Below are positions 59,701 through 64,000 of a stretch of 64,000 nucleotides of DNA, piece after piece. The stretch lies in the NCBI GenBank assembly GCA_000146465.1, contig CP001950.1; one strand, written 5' to 3'. A model generated the notes under the pieces. The model was given only the letters and a program-made list of their open reading frames with translations, had not been told where the DNA came from and did not search any database. Made by a program: the position numbers and the translations under genes. Every line of letters starts with the position of its first letter. The stretch's first letter is position 1.

Positions 59701-59980
59701 CTGATTCCCCACTAATCACAATAGTTTGGTTTCCATGGATAAACAAATCCTGATATGCAGACTCTGCCACTCCATAAATATGTGGATAGCTATAAGCATA
59801 ATCAGCAGGCGACTGCATGATTTCTTTTATAGAAGGATTGAGGTTTTCGTACGGATTAAGAGCTAGAAATACCAGCCCTGATCTTGTATAGATCTTCCCA
59901 GATGCATATCTCTTCTCAAGTATGTCGGAAATAACATTTCCATCCAGATCTCCTAGTTCGCATAGGTCGTCGTTTTCCAT
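56720..59980 (-). CDS. Class V myosin heavy chain (motor + short coiled coil + DIL cargo-binding domain).
   Basis: P-loop 'GESGSGKTENAKLIIKYL'. Switch II 'LDIFGFE'. 'LEKRYASGKIYTRSGLVFLALNPY'. C-terminal dilute domain 'SFNRGVQINYNINEIDKFCR' compared with Myo2 'SWSNGVQIRSNVSRLEEWCK'. The track ORF extends to an upstream ATG at 60136, adding 52 hydrophobic residues. The conserved start MENDD... is at 59980. Confidence 0.8.
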   Translation of the reverse strand: MENDDLCELGDLDGNVISDILEKRYASGKIYTRSGLVFLALNPYENLNPSIKEIMQSPADYAYSYPHIYGVAESAYQDLFIHGNQTIVISGESGSGKTENAKLIIKYLIERTASSASIERNIAAANAILEAFGNAQTILNDNSSRFGKRIKVMFNGKITGAKFETYLLEKSRVTHHEIGEKNFHIFYQFCASKGLNLKNDFIDTSSLVGNKEYSMRLSKEYAATRSAMESVGVACINKIEDCLLGILYLGSIQFGGDGILKVVRNECFKEFCKLHDIQEDAFEESLVKFSIQVKGETIEVFNTLKQAVTIRNSMARLLYSNIFNYITSSINNCLSGNGELFISVLDIFGFEIFEKNGLDQLCINWTNEKIQNDFIRKVFRGKQEMYKKEGIEWRDVEFFDNNQCILDFEKPCGLMDLISEESFNAWGNVQNLSMKIKNYLKGNIRTKADDKIVVSHYAGDVEYDLRSFLDKNRERGNLKIFENPLIIHEENKEDLVKYFKDSMNNLLHSINETQTKYIKCIRPNAQKKPKLFDRPLIAKQLAECGVLETIRISKQCFPQEIQKNEFETRYEVLGSTTFEMVTVKKGKSRYFMSNESLRILEIRRSLFYEECFRNIKNALRSYLNNHNCDKKQRIMFVNEPVVAESSVSIESNSVELMIDKGYNTTDPCNAQEDNRKQRSYKEIIRDLELKIEKYKKFCEAPCRNCKSLELKYRFQSEALKKKNMIELELEKYKAKVEDLEKRLSEKEEDDDSHMSVSFTNAYNVFNCLVQLYLEFVPTFSNEEVPKPEILGLAHSAFYAVNKLGKNIVESTACMMNEINLQLHMFERNIHKVSFILSNLIEYENILRGYGVNNVEEVKSLISILFKHLCELQRSFLLEVLPHAVLEHQQLSKFKCSEGYFKKLFKPPHISKLIHLLEYFYHQMSYYYIPDPYIMESINYLLKTINISVFNEILVKKNFLSFNRGVQINYNINEIDKFCRSINYLEGMFNLSHTTAIIRLINLVESRATADLILDECSILNCLQINEIVSKLDAEASYFFGNDNRNDKFISDPTVTLPSYTGVSSHAFICPRYLPSESLLSILKSIR

Positions 59981-60154
59981 CTTAGGACATAAGGACCTCT
60001 TCTTTTGTTTTCTAAAGGACCAATAACCTCTAAAAGCGCTGATTGAAAGAGATTTAAACAGTTCCAGAACCAATGAAATAAAATCTAACGGTGAACCATT
60101 TAATAGAACTGATAGCAGCAACGCCAAACAAATCATCTGATGCTCTATTTGTCT

Positions 60155-60748
60155 TTAAGACGTTCTAGGTACATGTTTAACTACTACATCTAATTTCTTT
60201 TCAAAGTATAAAAGGCTGCACAAGAGATCGTCATCATTTTCAAATATTACAAGCGAATCCTTGTCCTTAATAAAGAGGGAAAATTCATTGTAATGGTCTA
60301 AACTCACAAAATCAAGACTCTGAGATGGGAGAAAATGGCTTCCAATCTTCTTGATTACGCTTTTCTTAAAGTCTGAGAAACACATACTTGCAAGAGGAAC
60401 TAGAAATTTCAAATCAGCAAATTCCACAAGTGCCAAGCCCATTATGTCATTCTGACTCATAATTCCCCCAAGCTTTTTGGCCTTGAATATACGAAAGATT
60501 TTTCTTTTATCATCCGATGCACATGGTATCTTTATCCACACTCCGTTTCTCAGGCCGAACTTCAAACCTTCTCTATTTTTTTCAACTCTCAAAATGTTTT
60601 CATAAGAAACTTCCCCCACTTTTCGATCTTTATAGAGAATCGTAAATCTATCGGGGTAAAAGGATGTGGAATAATCAAGGGTCTTGGATCTAAATTTATA
60701 TCTGCCCTGTATGGTTGCTAATATGCTGCTATTATTTTCGGAGTTCAT
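60155..60748 (-). CDS. Hypothetical protein (197 aa), possibly PH/GLUE-like.
   Basis: The track start 60775 is TTG. The first ATG is at 60748 (MNSENNSS...). No confident family. Confidence 0.35.
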   Translation of the reverse strand: MNSENNSSILATIQGRYKFRSKTLDYSTSFYPDRFTILYKDRKVGEVSYENILRVEKNREGLKFGLRNGVWIKIPCASDDKRKIFRIFKAKKLGGIMSQNDIMGLALVEFADLKFLVPLASMCFSDFKKSVIKKIGSHFLPSQSLDFVSLDHYNEFSLFIKDKDSLVIFENDDDLLCSLLYFEKKLDVVVKHVPRTS

Positions 60749-60912
60749 AGTTTTCCCGGTTTCTGTTGTTTTCAATAGTAATTACAAAACCATTAGTTTC
60801 AACTTAATCAGAAATAAAACAAAATAAGACCGAAGATCCTTATGGAATATACCGCCAAATATCGGAAATTCCCTCCAAGGATAGATATAATTCACGGAAC
60901 TCAAAGGGGATA

Positions 60913-61668
60913 ATGATAGATAAAATAAGATCATTTCTTCCATCTCCTAGGTCGCTGGAGCCATTAGAGCCCTTGAAAAAGAGAGTTAAAAGGAAGGAAC
61001 GACCTTCAAAATGCATTCTCTCAAGATCAATCTACGAGGAAACAGACCTTTCAAGACTCACACCCAGGCAGAGATTGCTTCATCAAAAGTATCAGGAAAA
61101 CAAAAATAATGTATCAAGCTTTTTTCTTCTTTCAAACAATATCCCAATAGAAAGACATATTGATATCAAACCAAAAAAATTGAATGAAGAAGCTCCTAGT
61201 AAATCTACGGATAAATCCATAGAACTTGATTGCGAAGCCAATTGGAAGGTTAGAGATGGCAATAGCCTACAGGAAGAAAAGAACTTTTTAATTTTAACTA
61301 GTGACCTGTATAATAGCTCGTACAAAGATATTGAAGAGGAGCAAAGCTCATCAGAAAGTAACGATGAGGTGATAGAGGCAGCAGAAATAGAATCTCCCTT
61401 TCGTAGTAGGATACCCGAAAATGCTAGTGATAAAGATCATCATATCTGCAAAGATTGTTTCAAAGATGCCGTGGAAATATATTACATCCTTGAGAGGATA
61501 AGTGATGTACATAAGTGTAGGCTCAAAAACTTTATATTACTTCATAAGTACAAAATACGGCAAAACTTCAAAAAAAAGCTATGTTTCAGTACAATCAGAA
61601 GAGAGGAAACCGCATTTATAAAAACATTGGAGAAGGTTGAATGTTGTATGGAGAAACCTAGGTTTTAA
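60913..61668 (+). CDS. Hypothetical protein (251 aa) with a basic N-terminus and an acidic/Ser-rich middle.
   Basis: ATG-initiated ORF. Basic 'KKRVKRKERPSK' (NLS-like). No recognised domain. Confidence 0.4.
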   Translation: MIDKIRSFLPSPRSLEPLEPLKKRVKRKERPSKCILSRSIYEETDLSRLTPRQRLLHQKYQENKNNVSSFFLLSNNIPIERHIDIKPKKLNEEAPSKSTDKSIELDCEANWKVRDGNSLQEEKNFLILTSDLYNSSYKDIEEEQSSSESNDEVIEAAEIESPFRSRIPENASDKDHHICKDCFKDAVEIYYILERISDVHKCRLKNFILLHKYKIRQNFKKKLCFSTIRREETAFIKTLEKVECCMEKPRF

Positions 61669-61706
61669 GAGCTACTGAAATTTTGATATTAAGTAAAACC
61701 GTTTAT

Positions 61707-62732
61707 TTATTTGCCTATTTCCTTTTCTTCAAACTCAATAACACTTTCAATTTCTTGAACTATAGGTCCTTCATCTTCTAGTCGCGTGATTCTTGTTATC
61801 TCAAAATTCTTTTCATATCTGTCCGAGGAATTATCAAATAATTGATCCCTTATGGGACAGAACATAGATATCAGAAGCATATCAAGTATTAATCTGGCTC
61901 CCAAGCTTAAACTTTGCTGGATTTGATGGTGTAAGTCTGTCATTTCAAATGGGATTGCCACTGTGTTAATAGTATAAGTAAGAAACCCGTGGAACATGAG
62001 GCAGAAGCTTAATAGATTCGTACTGTCAAGAGACTTGTACTCAGATAGAAAACTGTGTTTTGTTCGGAGAATCAGAAGCAATGCCACAGAAAGATATACC
62101 TCATTCCCAAGGAGAAATGATTCTATAAAAACTGCAGTCTTCTCCCCCATCAGTCTTGATCTGCTATAGTAATAATACAAAAGAGCCGGGGCTCTTAAGA
62201 TTGCATATATCTTAGAAAATGTAACAACAGACGTGTTAAACATGGACTTGGCCACAAAGGTTCTAGTCCCAGTCGAGCTGGACTTAAATATATCAAAAGG
62301 CCTATCTCCTCCATTGAATACCGAGTATGCACAAGGCCCCCAAAGCCCAATCAAAAGAAATACCGAAGACATCCTCAAGATTCTGGACCCGATAAGGGAA
62401 ATATTCAAAAGATACACAAGATCGGCTTTGAAATCCTTGTATCTTACTGGATAGTTTGCATCAAGCCATCCAACAAGCTCTATGTTTGCTTTGTCTATTT
62501 CAAGTTTAGTGCTGAGATACGTAACAATGCATATGTAAATTCCAGATAAAAATATAGAGGACAGCGCAAAAATGGAGCCAAGACTTCGTAATTTTCCTCT
62601 AAATATATTGTAACTGGGCATAGTACTCCTTGTAGATCTCCAAACCGCAAAGACAAGAAGTAGTAGGGAAAACACTGCTTCATTTGTGTACGAAAGAATC
62701 TTCGTGTTGTCTAAAAAACCATCGTCCTCCAT
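61707..62732 (-). CDS. Hypothetical polytopic membrane protein (341 aa).
   Basis: At least 7 hydrophobic segments. ATG verified (MEDDGFLDN...). Confidence 0.45.
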   Translation of the reverse strand: MEDDGFLDNTKILSYTNEAVFSLLLLVFAVWRSTRSTMPSYNIFRGKLRSLGSIFALSSIFLSGIYICIVTYLSTKLEIDKANIELVGWLDANYPVRYKDFKADLVYLLNISLIGSRILRMSSVFLLIGLWGPCAYSVFNGGDRPFDIFKSSSTGTRTFVAKSMFNTSVVTFSKIYAILRAPALLYYYYSRSRLMGEKTAVFIESFLLGNEVYLSVALLLILRTKHSFLSEYKSLDSTNLLSFCLMFHGFLTYTINTVAIPFEMTDLHHQIQQSLSLGARLILDMLLISMFCPIRDQLFDNSSDRYEKNFEITRITRLEDEGPIVQEIESVIEFEEKEIGK

Positions 62733-63229
62733 TTATTTACATTAAGAGCTCTGCTTTATAACTCCCGTGTTTCAAGTTAAAACATGTATTAAATGTCGAA
62801 ATATATATGCATTTCTGAAAGGGATTTTTCCATATCTTTGTTTCCTGTATATTAGTCTTGTACGGCAGTTCATTCCAGCAATTAATCAAAGAATAGAGAG
62901 TATGCAAATCTCTTCTTTCTCTGAATGCTATGGAAGGAAAATTCATATCAACTTGTACTTTGTAGAGTCATCTTATTATTTCTTTATTGAGTCCTTCTTA
63001 TAGCCCACTTCAAGAGGTTCTTAATGCATTTCTTTAAGGCGCATAATATCGAAGATTTCTTATATTTATTAAAGATTGTTTCCTATAATATTAAATTTAT
63101 AAAGTTTTCGAGAAGGAACTAGTTAAAGATATTAGAGGTTCCCTTCAGATAGGGTAATGACCTGAAATAAAAGATAAAATGTAAAAGATTGTATTTTATC
63201 AAGACTCTTGTTTATTCAAGTAGGAAAAT

Positions 63230-63997
63230 TCAAAGAATTTTTTTAACAGCAAGAGAGAAGAGATTTTTGGTAATGAAGAGGAAGAAAAGAAGTGATATGA
63301 ATAGATAAACTACGGTAAGAACGGTGAAAATAAGAACAAAGAGGATTTGTCTCCAGGGAGTAGTCTCAATATTCTTTGGAGGGGAATATTTGAACCTGAG
63401 AAACTTGAATAGGGTAAAGAGAAAGAGGAAAAGGTGGAAGAGAAGGAGATGGTTTCTTTTAAGGAAAAAAATTAAAAGAAGCGAAAAACCAGCTAGGGCA
63501 TCGATAGCAGAGCCAGAGAATTGAATGGTGCTGGGAATAGGAGATAAAGAGGTAAAGAAGAAGTAGGTAATTGACAGAAGGAACAATGAAGAGGAAGAAA
63601 GAACTTTGATGTTCTCTGGTTTGAGAAGAGGAAACATAAAAATTAAAAGAAAGGGGAGGATGGAGAATAGAATGAGGAGAAACTTGAGAACTGAATGGAG
63701 GATTGAATGGAATATAGACATCGTGTTGGAGTTATTGATGGTAGAAAATAAGCAGAAGTTTAGAAAAGTTAACTGAAGCAGTGGAATAGCAAAAAATAGG
63801 AATCTGATAAAGGAATTGTCCTTAAGGGTATTCTCCCCAAAGATTAGAAACATGAGTAGAGGAATTAAGATGGATATAGAGGTACCGAGGTGGCTGTATA
63901 GATCTGGAGACCAATAGGATTCCCGTTTAGAGTTCTCATGATAGGTGTACATAGGTGTAGAAGCCAACTCAGTAATGAAAATTGAACTCATATTCAT
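63230..63997 (-). CDS. Hypothetical Phe/Leu-rich polytopic membrane protein (255 aa or more; the 5' end may run past the window edge).
   Basis: A stop-free minus-strand frame of about 770 nt opposite a strongly purine-rich plus strand. Multiple hydrophobic helices. The ATG at 63997 is 3 nt from the window end. Confidence 0.35.
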   Translation of the reverse strand: MNMSSIFITELASTPMYTYHENSKRESYWSPDLYSHLGTSISILIPLLMFLIFGENTLKDNSFIRFLFFAIPLLQLTFLNFCLFSTINNSNTMSIFHSILHSVLKFLLILFSILPFLLIFMFPLLKPENIKVLSSSSLFLLSITYFFFTSLSPIPSTIQFSGSAIDALAGFSLLLIFFLKRNHLLLFHLFLFLFTLFKFLRFKYSPPKNIETTPWRQILFVLIFTVLTVVYLFISLLFFLFITKNLFSLAVKKIL

Positions 63998-64000
63998 ATG

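Noticed and set aside
157-60775. ORF-track start coordinates that use TTG/GTG initiators (for example 157, 1272, 3913, 24016, 25489, 33737, 38922, 40374, 60775)
   Set aside because: This is a eukaryotic nuclear segment. Starts were moved to the first in-frame ATG consistent with ortholog N-termini.
1-64000. Prokaryotic-style features (operons, CRISPR arrays, defence islands, IS elements)
   Set aside because: The tRNAs lack encoded CCA and are followed by Pol III T-runs. Every identifiable protein is a eukaryote-specific factor (proteasome Rpt6, SMC3, INO80, PRC2, myosin V, cullin). No direct-repeat arrays or transposase or integrase ORFs were seen.

Overview
This window is a compact, AT-rich (roughly 38-40% GC by eye) stretch of a eukaryotic nuclear chromosome. 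It carries about 50 apparently intronless protein-coding genes on both strands, and intergenic spacers are mostly 20-250 bp. There are two tRNA genes, tRNA-Glu(TTC) and tRNA-His(GTG), each followed by a T-run Pol III terminator. No rRNA genes, mobile elements, CRISPR arrays or large repeats are seen.

Almost every gene has a recognisable eukaryotic housekeeping ortholog. Those I can assign are NOP56, SUA5, TFB5, RAD2/XPG, DHH1, NOG2, AsnRS, NUF2, ISD11, VID27, SEC12, CDC73, DOA1, mevalonate kinase, V-ATPase subunit a, DNA2, LSM2, a cullin, SHP1/p47, a cyclin, RPT6, ELP1-like, RER2, INO80, SMC3, YOP1, TAD2 and a class V myosin. The proteins are systematically shorter than their yeast or human counterparts. 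Together with the gene density and the lack of introns, this points to a reduced genome of a microsporidian-like, fungus-related parasite. That taxonomic call is an inference.

The ORF track uses TTG and GTG as start codons. All CDS starts below have been re-trimmed to the first plausible ATG.

The most notable content is a tandem pair encoding the two core PRC2 subunits: an E(z)/EZH-type CXC-SET methyltransferase and an ESC/EED WD40 protein. They are about 690 bp apart, and the spacer holds unassigned small ORFs. Other points worth a second look:
- a TFB5-RAD2 pair of nucleotide-excision-repair genes
- a tiny ISD11/LYRM4 gene
- a diflavin-reductase-like protein that lacks its FMN domain
- a protein with a signal peptide and coiled coil, likely secreted
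- divergent genes whose start codons overlap
- a stop/start abutment at the DHH1 gene
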